This document shows positions 51,712 through 64,000 of a stretch of 64,000 nucleotides of DNA, piece by piece. A program made the translations under genes and the position numbers. This DNA comes from Haliotis rufescens. Taxonomy: Eukaryota. The stretch spans positions 186,001-250,000 of the forward strand of contig NW_025964001.1 of NCBI RefSeq assembly GCF_023055435.1, given 5' to 3'. Position 1 is the stretch's first letter. The number at the start of each line of letters is the position of its first letter. The notes beneath the pieces were generated by a model, which did no database searches, was not told where the DNA came from, and worked only from the letters and a program-made list of their open reading frames with translations.

Positions 51712-54067
51712 CTGAAAACAGCAAGATTGGATATGGAAGTCCTCTGATCCTGGGGCAAACACTCACCCAATGTCCTTATCATCACTACGCCTTGTAAAGT
51801 CACCAGCTTTCATGGTTTACTTAAAAGAAAAAAATATCAAATATTCCCCAAGATAACAAAACAAAAAAGCGACAGCAACAAGTTGTATTTCCCCATATTT
51901 CTATTAATTCCAACCTGAAAGCTTTATCATCTCTTCTGCCCCAATGGGTGGTCGTTTCAATCACTCAGGTTTATGCTTATTAAAGGTTTAAAGTATAAAG
52001 ACCGATTCTCAATACTTGTAATTCCAAACCATTGAGTATCAGCTGCCGGTGTAAACGTGTATAGCATCTACCCTCGTACAGAGGGCCATTACCATAACAT
52101 TAGCCCTGACAACTTAAAGTGCAGTGACGGAATGGAGAGGCGGACTGCCCTCCTGACAGCCATGGAAAACCTTGCATTTCAACACATAACACAAGCTCCC
52201 TTCTATATCACCTCCCCATAAACTTAATTTTTAAAAAGTGGGTTTGATGGAGACAGAAACTTGAATAGAGGGTACGGCAGCTGGTACGATGGGCCAGCCA
52301 TGTGTCTATTACATTAGGAGTGTGGTTGCAGCCCATTCATTCTCCCCTTTGAAGCTGGCACACTAGGGGGCGCTGAAACCACGTAACAGAATATTACCCC
52401 AGTATGCAAGCCCGAGAGCTTTAATTAGCTACTTTCTATCCTCAGCTTTACCTTACACAATAAGAAGTCTTGGCTAAACACCTCCATGAAAACACCGATG
52501 CAATGGTGTTTGATGAGGACGCCCCCATCAGTCATGAATAGGGACAGTGTCCTTTCAATATTCCAAACTCAGGCAGCACATCAGTATGAAAGAGCTGGGA
52601 GTTTATGGCCGACAACCTCTTTGTGGGAGAAATGGTCCACCGTCCAACCTTGTTAGGCTGATGAAACGTTTGTCCCCCATGTGCACAGCAAGAGCACCGG
52701 AATGGATTATTTTCAAATTACATCCTCCAGTAAACCACTATCAAACACTACGAATAATACCTGTAAAATTTACTCTCCAAATCAGTAAAATCTGTGTTCA
52801 TAATTGTACAATTCAAACACAAGGGATGTCTTAACTTTGTAATGGAATCTCGTTGTGAATCCATCCTATACATTACAAAGAAAGAAAATATGACATTGTT
52901 GATTTTAAAAATTGTGATTTTGAACAACCAGCGACCACCAAGCACTGTCTCAAACTATTTGTGTTCCGATGTTAAGGGATAACTGACCTTGGCACAGTGC
53001 CAGTATTTGACGCTGCAGCATCAACAGCACTAAATCCATATGAATTGAGGCGACACCTGGCTCAGCGCCAACAGTTACAATCGCAGATCACTGCGGAATC
53101 AATTATCGGTGATGTTACATGACAAAACAGGCAACTAGCGTGTAAATCATTCCAGGTCTTGCTACGTTAAGGGAGAAAGCAAACATAGAGTCACTACCTG
53201 TAACTATAGTACAGCTACCTAAATATTGATGACCAAATTCTTCAGCTACAAATCCAGAATAACAATCTTTATTGAAGCTGCTTGAATGGAGAATTCATTA
53301 GCAGCATCGTAAGATACTTTCTATGGAAAGTAATTTCCTAATTCAAAAATAATTGATTCTTGACTGATCCTAACATTGAGTTAAACTTAGCCACATCACA
53401 CAGTTAAAAAAAGTTCACAAATTGATCTGATATTGCATATCTAATTATTTAATGGATTAGATGATATGAAGAAACTTTCACCTGTTTATCTCAAAATAAT
53501 ACCGCCAGGGACAGAAAAGTGTTTGTTTTCGAATGCGCACTCACACAATGTCTAGGTTTGCAACCTAAATACTAGTGATCTATCTTACAACTCAGTGAAT
53601 GTCATTTCGCCATGAGCTACATAATAAGTGGTTTCAATGTAGAAAGTCTGTCTTCTTACTTTTCATTGAGACCCTTTACATCCTGTTCAGTTTCTCATCT
53701 CCAGGTGTACTTTATGAATCCACAGTGCACTACTCTGATATATTTATAAACTAATCTCCAATGTTTGCACAGATTACTTTTGCAAGAGAACATTTATCAC
53801 CAGCTCTGTATAATGTATATCATTACAAGGTATTTTTCTAAAAAAGATATGATTTAAGAGTGCCCTTCAAACACCAGAACTATTTTAACTGCCTTTACGA
53901 CTTTGAAAGCCAACTGGCGCTCTACTACAAGGAATTACAAACTCTTTTACTTACATGTGAGCTCAGAGGAATTGCTTTTATTTAAAAATTAAAATATGAG
54001 CTCAGAGGAATTTCTTTTATTCAAATATAGTTACAAACTCCTACACTCCAGTATCAGCTCTGTATGT

Positions 54068-54132
54068 ATGGCAACTGTAACATGGCAACTGTAACATGGC
54101 AACTGTAACATGGCAACTGTAACATGGCAACT
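54068..54132. repeat. 14 bp tandem repeat (ATGGCAACTGTAAC), ~4.5 copies
   Basis: Direct. Confidence 0.92.
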
Positions 54133-54787
54133 GATACTACTGCCCTACAGCAGAACAACGATGAAACAGGAATGTTGTGTATGGTGCGGAGTTTCATTTC
54201 ACATCAAGTCAGAGTGTAACATCAACAATGACTACAATGACTCTGGAGCTGTTTATATAATGGCCACCTGGCCACTAGTTATTTTCTATGAATAATGGGA
54301 AAGCGTCACAAAGGATGCCATCCTATTTTCAAGGGCTAGCTTCGCTGCCATGAGTGTACAGATACCATATTTGTTTGATCGGGATCAAGACAACAACAAA
54401 ATGTTGACATTTAACATGGAACAATAAATCTTTCACCACACAACCAAAAAATACCACAGGGAAAACAGGCCCCTAAAATCGACAACCATCTGAGCAGGAC
54501 AAAAATTCACCATGACAATTGGAACAATTATATTCATATTCCAGCGGATCTTCAGAAAGCGTTTACCTGAAGCGTCTTCAGCATTTGAGAATCTCCCAAG
54601 CAGGACTCGGCATGTACAAAACATGCTTTGCATGCCCGCGCCCACTGCTGTCATCAAAAGGCTAACGCAGTGTCGAGCCTAGACAGATGAGACAGTATGT
54701 CCAATATGGTCGATCAAGGTCACAACCTTTGTACTGGAGGACCAGCTACATCACAAACTCCTCTACGTTACAACATCGTACACTTAC

Positions 54788-54850
54788 CCGTATCTTCACT
54801 AGTTTGGGCCGGCTCAAACTATGGACACATGGCTTCTTCACAGATGTTTT
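54788..54850 (-). CDS. Internal 63-nt exon (phase 0/0), KTSVKKPCVHSLSRPKLVKIR, protein unidentified
   Basis: Acceptor ATTTTCAATTTTTTTCAG, donor GTAAGT, length a multiple of 3, only frame 0 is open. Confidence 0.7.
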
Positions 54851-55278
54851 CTGAAAAAAATTGAAAATATGACTTTGCTGTTTCACGTTGAAATGTGTAG
54901 GCTAGGCTAAGAAAGTTGCATATTTGGGGATTATTGATTTGTGACTAAAATCTTTCATATAAAACATCAATGCCAGAGAAAATCAGTGTCAATTATCTGC
55001 CTAAACAGATTCCACTGGGCCTTAAAGGCAAAACTGTGATGAAAAGATTGTGAATGGATCACTGAAAACCAGTGATGACTCTAGGTCTTCACCAAAAGGG
55101 TGAGCATGTGTTGTCCTTCCAGTAGCACCTACCACTCACACATTTTAAGTGTTTGTTGCCTGTTGCCGCACAGCAGTACTCATATCTCATATCCAATATG
55201 CCAAGAGATATGTTGCAAAAAAATATATAATCTTGTCTAGATTTTTAGAAGATAATATGGTTATTTACTCAAAAAAAT

Positions 55279-55545
55279 TTGTTTGTTGTTTGTTGCTTAA
55301 TGCTGCACTCAGCAATATTCCAACCATATGACGGGGGTCTGTAAATAATCGAGTCTGGACCAGACAATCCAGTGATTGACATCATAAGCATCGATCCATG
55401 CAATTAGGATACGATGACATGCATCAACCAAGTCAGTGAGCCTGGCCACCCGATCATGTTAAGCGCCTCTTACGACAAGCATAGTCGTCATTTACAAAAA
55501 GCATGGGTTGCTGAAGACCTTTTCTAACCCAGATCCTCACGGGTT
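55279..55545 (-). mobile_element. Retroposon family B, full-length copy
   Basis: Reverse complement of family B from tail to the ACCCGTGA head. Confidence 0.88.
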
Positions 55546-56574
55546 TTATTTTTATCAAAAGATGAAACTCTTGAAATAAAAGATTCACAAAAAAATATTA
55601 AAGAAAGACCTACTTTAAACAAACACTTATAATATATATTATAATTTATTGTTTCTTTAGAGTAATCAGATAACAGAAAGGCCTGGACTTAAACTCTAAA
55701 TAAATCATATTAGTCATTAGAGGACTACCAGGCCAACATTTTTGATTAGGTTCTACAGTGTCTTGAAGCAGAATTCAATCATTAAACCTGTCTTGTTAAG
55801 GAAAATATCAGTGCATGTATTGGAATCACAAATCAATAACATAATAACAAGGCAAATGAATAAGTTACCTGATTGGTCAGTACAAGACAATCTCAGAATA
55901 TTGGAGAAGATTTACTATCTATTTATCCAGGCTGTAATCTTCTAAATGGCCAAATATTTGGTATATGGATCGGTCAGTAACTGCAATAAACTCCTGCTTC
56001 TGCCGACTGATCAGAAGACGAATATTTATCTCTAAGCATTTAATAAGACATGCCGGAATCAAATTTGTAGTATTTCCCTGTGCTGTTTGTTTATTGCATT
56101 AAGCCACAGTGTTCACTTATGTCAATCATAATAAGAGGCAATTATGGCCTTGGTAGTAATGTAGCTTTCCATCCAAATCCTACTCAAATACTGAACAAGT
56201 ATTCATAAATAATGTTCCCATTTACAAGCTTGCCAAAGAGGGACCAAAACTCCATCAGAATCAGTTAGCCTGATTTCCAGTACTGCTGGTTTATAGGGCC
56301 ATAATGAACAGGTCAAGAATTCCCCACAATCTCCCCGCTCCCCATCAGAAGCAGACCTCTGTCCCATCTCGTTAGCTCTGTCAGCTTCATTGCCACCCAG
56401 CATTTACAGTCTCTGATATCTAAAGCTTGTAGTACATGTACTACCTTCTCTGTAGGTGGCATCAGCCTGGGTTACAGTGCCACTATCACAAGTTTGTGTA
56501 GAGTTCCGTTCCGTAGGCTGCAAATGCCCTGTGTCACAGTCCACTAGACTCAGTCACAGTGTGACAGATTTAGA

Positions 56575-56745
56575 GAGAACACACTGTGGTATAAGCAGTA
56601 TAAACAACAGTAACAGTGTAACGGATTCTGAGTATTCAGTACACACTGTGGTATAAGTGGTATATTCAACAGTAACAGAGTAACAGATTCAGAGACTAAT
56701 CAGTACACACTGTGGTATAAGTGGTATATTCAACAGTCACAGTGT
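56575..56745. repeat. ~63 bp tandem repeat, ~3 copies
   Basis: CACACTGTGGTATAAG at 56580, 56642 and 56706. Confidence 0.85.
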
Positions 56746-57821
56746 CCTGCATGCTCTGTGGACTAGTCTGGGAAGTCCCCTCCCTCCCCCCTCCCTCTTG
56801 GCAAGCGGCATTGTTGTGTCCCGCTTATAAGTAGCTGGTGACAAAAACAAGGCTCTCCACCATGGAACAGGACAACACACATTACACATCAACTTGTGTC
56901 GCTCTCCTGGCAAGCAGCCAACTTAAACTGTTTCACAAAGACTCACGTACAAAGATCAAATGTAAAATCTTTACAACAGACAGGAATAACATTTTAACAG
57001 AATTACCACACTGGTGTAACTTGACTTCCTTGTGTTGTTGTTAAAAGCATATTCCCTTGCTTGTTTAATAAGAAAGAAAATCTAAAACGTGCTCCGATTC
57101 GAGGGATTGTGACCAGATTTGTTTGTGCTTTGTTGCTAAAAAGATATAAAAGTGTCATATTTCTGGGTTTTTTTTGTTTAGTTGACAAAGCTTTAGGAAT
57201 TATGTTGCCAAATGAAAGGATAGAATCTTCCTTGTATTCATAAAAATCAAGATTCTTCAAATAACTTTACCCTTGATTTTCAGTGATTCATTCATGTAAT
57301 TTTCACTGCAGTTTGGTCTTTTACGCCCAATGGAATCTGTTTCGGCAGATAATCGAGACTGATTATTCCCTGGCGATGACATTATATATTTCTACAAGTT
57401 ACTGACATTCATTCTAATAAAAAAAGAAATTCAAACAATCAGTCCTTGAAACATTTTATACATACAAAAAAAATTACAAATCAGATAAACTAGTCCAACT
57501 TTCTATATTTAGCTCAATTGCTCACCATAGGAATTGTACATGTAAATATCATCTATTCATCTTCAAATGGTTGTCGTAATAGCCTCATAAAAGTCAAACA
57601 TTTTATTCCATTTCATAAATATTTATATGTCGTACTGGTTGTCATTTGAAATTCTGTCAATTTGGATGAAACCGCCATCGAGATGCAGAAATACTGCTAC
57701 AGCAAAGATAAACATAAAATCCTTCATTTTGAAAAATTCAATATTGATCCAATTCTAATATTAGATTAACTTAGGACCTAAGGAGTTGGCATGGTCTAGA
57801 TTTCAAGCCTTCAAGATTTCT

Positions 57822-57998
57822 TGTTTGTGTTCAGCAATATTCCAGCAATATGACGGTGGTCTGTAAATAATCGAATCTGGGCTATTCAATCCTTGAGCAT
57901 CATGAGATTGACATCATGAGCATCGATCTATGAATTGGGATATGATGACATGCATCAACCAAGTCAGTGAGTCTGACCACCCCCATCCTGTTAATCGC
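57822..57998 (-). mobile_element. Retroposon family B, 5'-truncated copy
   Basis: Body and tail match, head absent. Confidence 0.8.
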
Positions 57999-58919
57999 AA
58001 GAGAAATTAAAGAAATGAACAATTTCTGTTCCAAACATTAAATATACCCATAATACTCTTCTGTTCAAAGATTTTCTCAGACATGAAAATGATGCAGCAT
58101 ACACTGTGTGTCTTGTACAATTCCATCAAATGGTTTCATGTTGGGATGCTGGTGATTATTTCTTCAAGAAAGTTCTGTAGCATAGATACCCTCAAAAATT
58201 CTGATGGGGTCCATGCAGGTAGCAGAGGTGCCGGAAGTCCCCATTGTTCCTTGTATGGTGGCCTAACTTTGGTTGCTGGTGATCTACAGCCCGTTTTAAT
58301 AATGTATTGTTATGTTTAGTGATTTCTCTTTATGGTTACGTGCTAGTTTTAAATAAAATTCTGTGATAATCTTGTTGTTTTATAGATTGTAAATGTATTC
58401 ATTATTATTACTAGTTACCATATGGCTGACATGCTGCCGATGTTACTAAATCACAACTCACTCACTCACATTTACTAAGTAACAAAAAAGGATAATATTT
58501 GGGGGCATTTATCTGAACATATGGGCCTCCCAGACTACAGAGCTGCTGTCGAACCCATGATTAGTGAACACTTAGACCACTGGGCTACTCAATAACCTAC
58601 AAGGCCCTCCCAAAAAGTAATGACAACAGTGTAAGAACCCGAAGACACCTGTATCTGCATAAGACATTGCTTTTGACATTGATGCAGCGATGAAACCCAG
58701 CATTTGATCCCAACCTCTTAACACAGAGATTAGCTTTACCATCAAGAGAAGTCCACAAACATTGGGGTGTTGACCAAGATGGCCAGCAGTGACCTATCAG
58801 TGGTAATTATCACCCCAGGGGCAGCATAATTGAAAGGACCAAACAGCCAGCAGAAAGTCCACCATCAGACCCTGTCACACACAATGGGTCATCTCGTCAT
58901 TGTCACAGATAGTCTCATT

Positions 58920-59140
58920 GGCCATCTATTCCTTGTCACCAGTAGGCCATCTTTTCATATCTACTGAAAGGCCATCTATTCATTGTCACCAAAAGGCCAT
59001 CTTTTCATATTTACCGATAGGCCATCTATTCATTGTCACCAATAGATCATCTTTTCATATCTACTGAAAGGCCATCTATTCCTTGTCACCAGTAGGCCAT
59101 CTTTTCATATCTACTGAAAGGCCATCTCTTCATTGTCAAA
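58920..59140. repeat. 50 bp tandem repeat made of two related 25-bp subunits (GGCCATCT...), ~4.5 copies
   Basis: Direct. Confidence 0.92.
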
Positions 59141-59700
59141 GATGGCCTATATACAGAAACAGTCAGTTATTCCATACATATTTGGTAGTGGATGTCAAAA
59201 CTCATTTTGATGAATAGGCTGATCTACTTTTATTACAATGAAGGGCAAATAGCACCTATTTTTAGCAAAGGGCTGTTCTACCCTACATTGAAGGAAGGAG
59301 CTGTTCTACCCTCTAACAAAGGACAGGCATGTTGTACAATATAATGAAACAAGGGCCGGTCTAACCTTTTTTCCAGAAATTGTCTGGGAGCCTTCCACAT
59401 GTTTGATTCAACTAAACTGTGACCGAGGCCCAAGTTGTCCCCTAATCCTAGCGGGTTAACAAAGCTGTTGTTACGGCTAGAAACAGAGTCCATTCAAATG
59501 TAGGGTTTTGTTTGTATGCAGATCCGCAGTGTGTGAAAATGACCTTCGCCAACATGTCAATATTTTCCTGTTCTGACCACTAAAGGGCCTGGTATGTTAT
59601 TTGTCCACTCAGTGGTTAGCTATCTTGGTCTGACGAGAAAATAAACCTAAACGCAGGACCATCATGCAACACTTACTGTTTCTTTTCAAAGACGCTCTAT

Positions 59701-59922
59701 ACCTGTGAAGATCCGGGTAACAATTGGTCTTCAGCAATACATGCTTGTCACAAGACCCGACTTACGTGATCAGGTGGTCAGGCTCATGCATGTCATTGTA
59801 TCCCAATTGCGTTGATCAATGCTCATAATGCCAATCTCTGGATCGTCTAGTCTAGATTCAAATATTTACAGACTGCTGTCATATAGCTGGAACATTGCTT
59901 AGTGTGGCGTTAGACCACAAAC
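59701..59922 (+). mobile_element. Retroposon family B, older single-hairpin copy
   Basis: ACCTGTGAAGATCCGGGT head; many CpG-to-TpG/CpA changes. Confidence 0.82.
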
Positions 59923-60009
59923 AGTCACTCGATACAAATGAGGGCTCATCTAACATATCACAGAAGTATTACATTCACTATACATAGAAGTTATTAGCAT
60001 TGTGTTTTA

Positions 60010-60284
60010 GTTTTGGTTTGGTTTGGTTTGTTGTTTAACGCTGCACTCAGCAATATTCCAGCTATATGACGGCGGTCTGTAAATAATCGAGTCTGGACCA
60101 GACAATCAAGTGATTAATATCATGAGCATCGATCCATGCAATTGGGATACGATGACATGCATCAACCAAGTCAGCAAGTCTGACCACCCGATCCCGTAAG
60201 TCGCCTTTTACGACAAGCATAGTCACCTTTTACGGCAAGCATGGGTTGCTGAAGACTTATTCTACCCCGGAATCTTCAGGGGTC
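60010..60284 (-). mobile_element. Retroposon family B, full-length young copy
   Basis: Perfect 13-bp TSD GCATTGTGTTTTA (59997-60009, 60285-60297). Confidence 0.92.
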
Positions 60285-60870
60285 GCATTGTGTTTTAAAG
60301 CAATATGGGCCCTGCTACTTACATCTTGCTAGCTGAAAGTTCATCTGAAGCCGACACTGGATCATGATATCATGATAACCGTTGGTGACCTTTACAAGTA
60401 TACTTAAAAGCACAGTACACATAAATGTATGAAACATTAATTGAGATCTGTCTGCCAATATATACACATATACAGACATACTTGTACACACAAAGAAATC
60501 ACTTTTCTTATCAGTATTACAGATTTGATGATATACATAAAATGTCATAGGTTGATTGAGATCAATGCGTGTTTATTGCTTGAAATTATACACATGGAAA
60601 CATATGCAGCTGATGTCGATGGCTTCATTATTTGAGAGAATGTAGCGAAATAATTTGCTTTTGTGATTGTCGACATTTACATTTTGTGAGGGTAGGTTTC
60701 CCAAAGAGTATTTGTTTCTTGAGTGTGTTTGGTACAGGGAAGTAGGTGGTATTTTTCATCATCAATGGCTGAAAGTGTCCCTGATGTAGTTGGGTGGATG
60801 GCTTCCTATCTCTTCCAAGTGTGTTTAGGAATCACTATCACATAAATAGTTATATTTATTTCCATATGTA

Positions 60871-60996
60871 TACTACTCAAAAGAAGTTAAGAAACACCTG
60901 ATTTTTTCATATGACTGTACTTAATCCATGGCCATGTCAGATTATCTATGTCATGAGAAAAAAAATCAGGAATTCTTTAACTTCTTTTGAGTAGTA
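60871..60996. mobile_element. Tc1/mariner-type MITE, 126 bp
   Basis: Perfect 20-bp TIR TACTACTCAAAAGAAGTTAA; TA TSD; inserted in a 26-bp tandem duplication. Confidence 0.85.
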
Positions 60997-61792
60997 TAGA
61001 TAGTTATATTTATTCCCATATGTAGATAGTTTGTACTCTGCCCTAAGAGGGTGATCTGTACAATAACAATTCTTGAATCTTGATTCTATAATAGTGATAA
61101 TACAGGGTGATCACGAGAAGATGACCGTATCCTGCCGGTAATGTTTGAACAATTTGAATTTAATTTCCCAGGAGTGCCAGTTGGTCAAGGCCTAGTCCCT
61201 CTTTCAAATCAGTGGGTATACAAGCCACCTTCGCAAAGCCCCTAGCCCTACGAGACATGATCTGCTCCTTTGCACCCTCTGCCGCCCACGCAAATGGAGC
61301 CTGTCTCATACCCAGCATTCCTTGCAGCTCTTCCTGTTTGCTGAATGTTGACCACGTATGGCATGTGATGACTATCTGCCTCTTGCTGACCAGTGGAGAC
61401 AAAGGTGAATGAAGGCTCAGATTGACAAATGTGAGCCCCTATGAATATTAAAGGAGACTCAACCAAATATTTTCAGACTTGGAATTTGCGATGAACCTGC
61501 GCTTTAAATTATTAGCTACCTAAGTCTATGGCATAGGATTGAATCTACAGGCAAATATTTGACAACTGACTAATACTAGATTGTAGTCAATCTGGCAAAA
61601 CTTACAAGACAAAATGGCCAAAATTAAGAACAGTACTTACTACTTATAAAGAGAAATTAAGAGGTTAAACAGTGACATGGTTACTTAAATGTTTGATGCT
61701 GCCTGTCAAAACATTTTGAGAAAAATATTTTTACAAAAATGGTTTGGGTCTATTTGATGTTTACAAGAAATGTTTTTTCTTATAAATGATAT

Positions 61793-61976
61793 ATTTGGGA
61801 TAATGCTTTCTTAGTAAAGTACAGATTCTAGTACTTTTTGGGGTTGAGTCCCATCCGGGATTCGAACCCACACCATTAGGTGCCTCACTCTGGCAATGTG
61901 GGTTCGAATCCCGTATGGGACTCAACCCAAAAAAGTACTAGAATCTGTACTTTACATCAAAAGTGTTATCCCAAAT
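61793..61976. mobile_element. Foldback element, ~80-bp inverted arms each carrying a Pol III B-box
   Basis: Arms 61793-61872 and 61897-61976; inner 59 bp have 2 mismatches; GGTTCGAATCCC on both strands. Confidence 0.8.
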
Positions 61977-63720
61977 GACATTTGTTACATTTGACCACTT
62001 TCTAAATGTCATTGTGTGTTCATGTTGTTTGATATGTTTATTCTTGAGTTTACATTAGAGTGAGTGAGTTAATATTTAACGTCACATCCGCAATATTTCA
62101 GCAATATCGTGACTAGAGTTTACAAGAGAGAATTATGCAGACCTTAACATGGTCATCAACTGGACATGAGGAATATTTCGATGTGGGCCGGCAGGATACC
62201 AATAAAAAATATTTTAAGGCCAAACACCACTGTAAGTGTTGAGTTCCAAGATCATCCAAAAAGGAAATTGGGAGAGTTAGTTTGAAGAAAAACAGTTAAG
62301 ATGGTTGCAATGGAATGGTGCCGATCAAGAATCGGTCTTGGCAGGGTATTTCAAGGACAAGGCAGTACTATAAGCTGTAGTTATTTCTGCTGGTGCGAGA
62401 TGGAGAGGCAGAGAGGCATCGTGGCTGGACTGGTCAGTCTATCTGACCACATGGAGGTGATCAATCCTCCAGCCCAGCCCTGTCTGGCATGCTCCAGACA
62501 CTCAGCAATTACCTATCACTAACATTACCTTCTATATCAACAAAAGATATGCCAAAGCAATGATGAGCTCTTTCAGATAGCTTCAATGCCCACTTGATAA
62601 ATCTTTTAAAGAGAGGAACAAATGGTGGCTGTGCATGGGGAAGAGGCACAGGAATAATATCCCCAAGCCCTGACATTTGGATGCTTGTTTTACAAGGTCT
62701 GTTAGTCCTGCACCATGGCTGGAATTTATATTTTATAATTATACAATTACACAATAATCTTCTCAACTCTAAAATTAAACAAATAATTTTCCCCGATGCT
62801 AATGTAATATTGGAATAGAGTTAGCTAGAGCTGGCTAGACTTGCTTTTGTATACATATCTAGATTGTTTTTTTTTCGCAAAATAAATATATTCCACAGTC
62901 ATAGTGCAGGACTATAAAAGCCTAGGCAAGTCTAGATAAAACTAAACCAAGTCTAGTTTCTTTGATTCCACATATGAAAAAGGGGGAGAGGAGAAAATAT
63001 TTTACAATTATTTTAGAGAAATGTTTTCATGGACTACGTTTTGTCCAAAGGTTTGTGTGTAACATGTAGCATGGCTGGTACTGAGTGTTTGTCTCCCCTA
63101 ATATCAGAACACTAGTTATCCAGCGTTTGAAATTCCTTGAACCAGGGTGACAATGTCATGGTTAAGGTGGCACAGTCAACAGTTCCTCTTTCTTGAAGGG
63201 CACATTTAAAAGTTACATTAAATGACAAACTCTTGCGATGATTTATGCGGTAAGTTTTTTTCTCAAAAGTGTTCTGGGTAAACGTGTAAAATAAACATAC
63301 AAACATGCACTGATCATTAATAAAATAAACCTAGGGATTCAGGAATTGAATGTCATGGTTAACAATCTCAACAAAGTAAAAGAAACAAACTATCTAAATC
63401 CTATCCATTTGTTATCTATCTCGTGGTGAAATGACCTTCACCAGGCATGCGGGTGGGGTAAAAGTAGTCTTGTTGTTGGTACTTTCAAGGGCATTAAATA
63501 TGAACATGAGTTTTGTAATAATGCTTAATGTTTAAAACTAAAATAACTGATAGAAGCTGGTAGTTTCATACATTATACATTATATATATATTAATAAATA
63601 AGGTATTAAAATAAAATAGCACTGCAGTGTTTTAAATATTAAACCATAAATACATTGCAAGGCTATTTTATTTTAATACCTTATATATAATGCCTATGAT
63701 AGTACGCTAAAATTCCAAAG

Positions 63721-63875
63721 GGGCAGTCGGGTAACCTAATGGAATAACTCGCTCGTCACACCGAAAACCCGGGTTCGATATGAGTACAATGTGTGAAGGC
63801 CTTTTCTGGTGTTCCCCGTCGTGATATTACTGGAATATTGCTAAAAGTGGCATAAAATCAAACTCACTCAGCCAC
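63721..63875 (+). mobile_element. SINE family D copy
   Basis: Head GGGCAGTCGGGTAACCTAATGG...CCGGGTTCGAT, shared tail; TCCAAAGGG on both sides. Confidence 0.82.
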
Positions 63876-64000
63876 TCCAAAGGGCACACTAAACATCTAA
63901 ACACACTTGAAAACTTACACTTCTTATACTGTTATCAGACTCCTACTATTCCACTAACGAAAGGTTTGTGTTCATTAAACTAGTAAGCATTCTACTACAC

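Noticed and set aside
60315-60395. Upstream exon for the minus-strand gene (GTAAGT donor at ~60321)
   Set aside because: No good acceptor giving an open frame compatible with the phase-0 exon at 54850
61160-61466. ORFs here and at 5708-6193, 37336-37614, 46616-47047 and 48434-48706 as genes
   Set aside because: No recognisable domains or matching splice signals; probably chance or very decayed transposon sequence

Overview
Repeat-rich, gene-poor eukaryotic DNA. The SINE families and LINE tails resemble molluscan ones, probably a gastropod such as abalone (from recollection, not a search). There are no long genuine ORFs: nearly every ORF in the track comes from minisatellites or is chance. 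The window holds (i) about 15 mini/microsatellites, one with nested 49/283/1062-bp periodicity; (ii) four short retroposon families (my labels A-D), several with clean target-site duplications (TSDs); (iii) two families of ~190-bp TAG...CTA elements with hairpin ends and 9-10 bp TSDs (AcademH-like), a Tc1-type MITE and a foldback element with B-boxes on both arms; (iv) small exons of an unidentified minus-strand gene with long introns (internal exon 54788-54850; candidate terminal exons starting at 51711, 40961 and 19521); and (v) a CpG-rich putative promoter at ~13.6-14.1 kb with two RFX X-boxes. I see no new protein-coding system. The best novelty candidate is family B, a retroposon with no tRNA head whose fixed 5' end can fold into a pseudoknot, a possible self-cleaving ribozyme.
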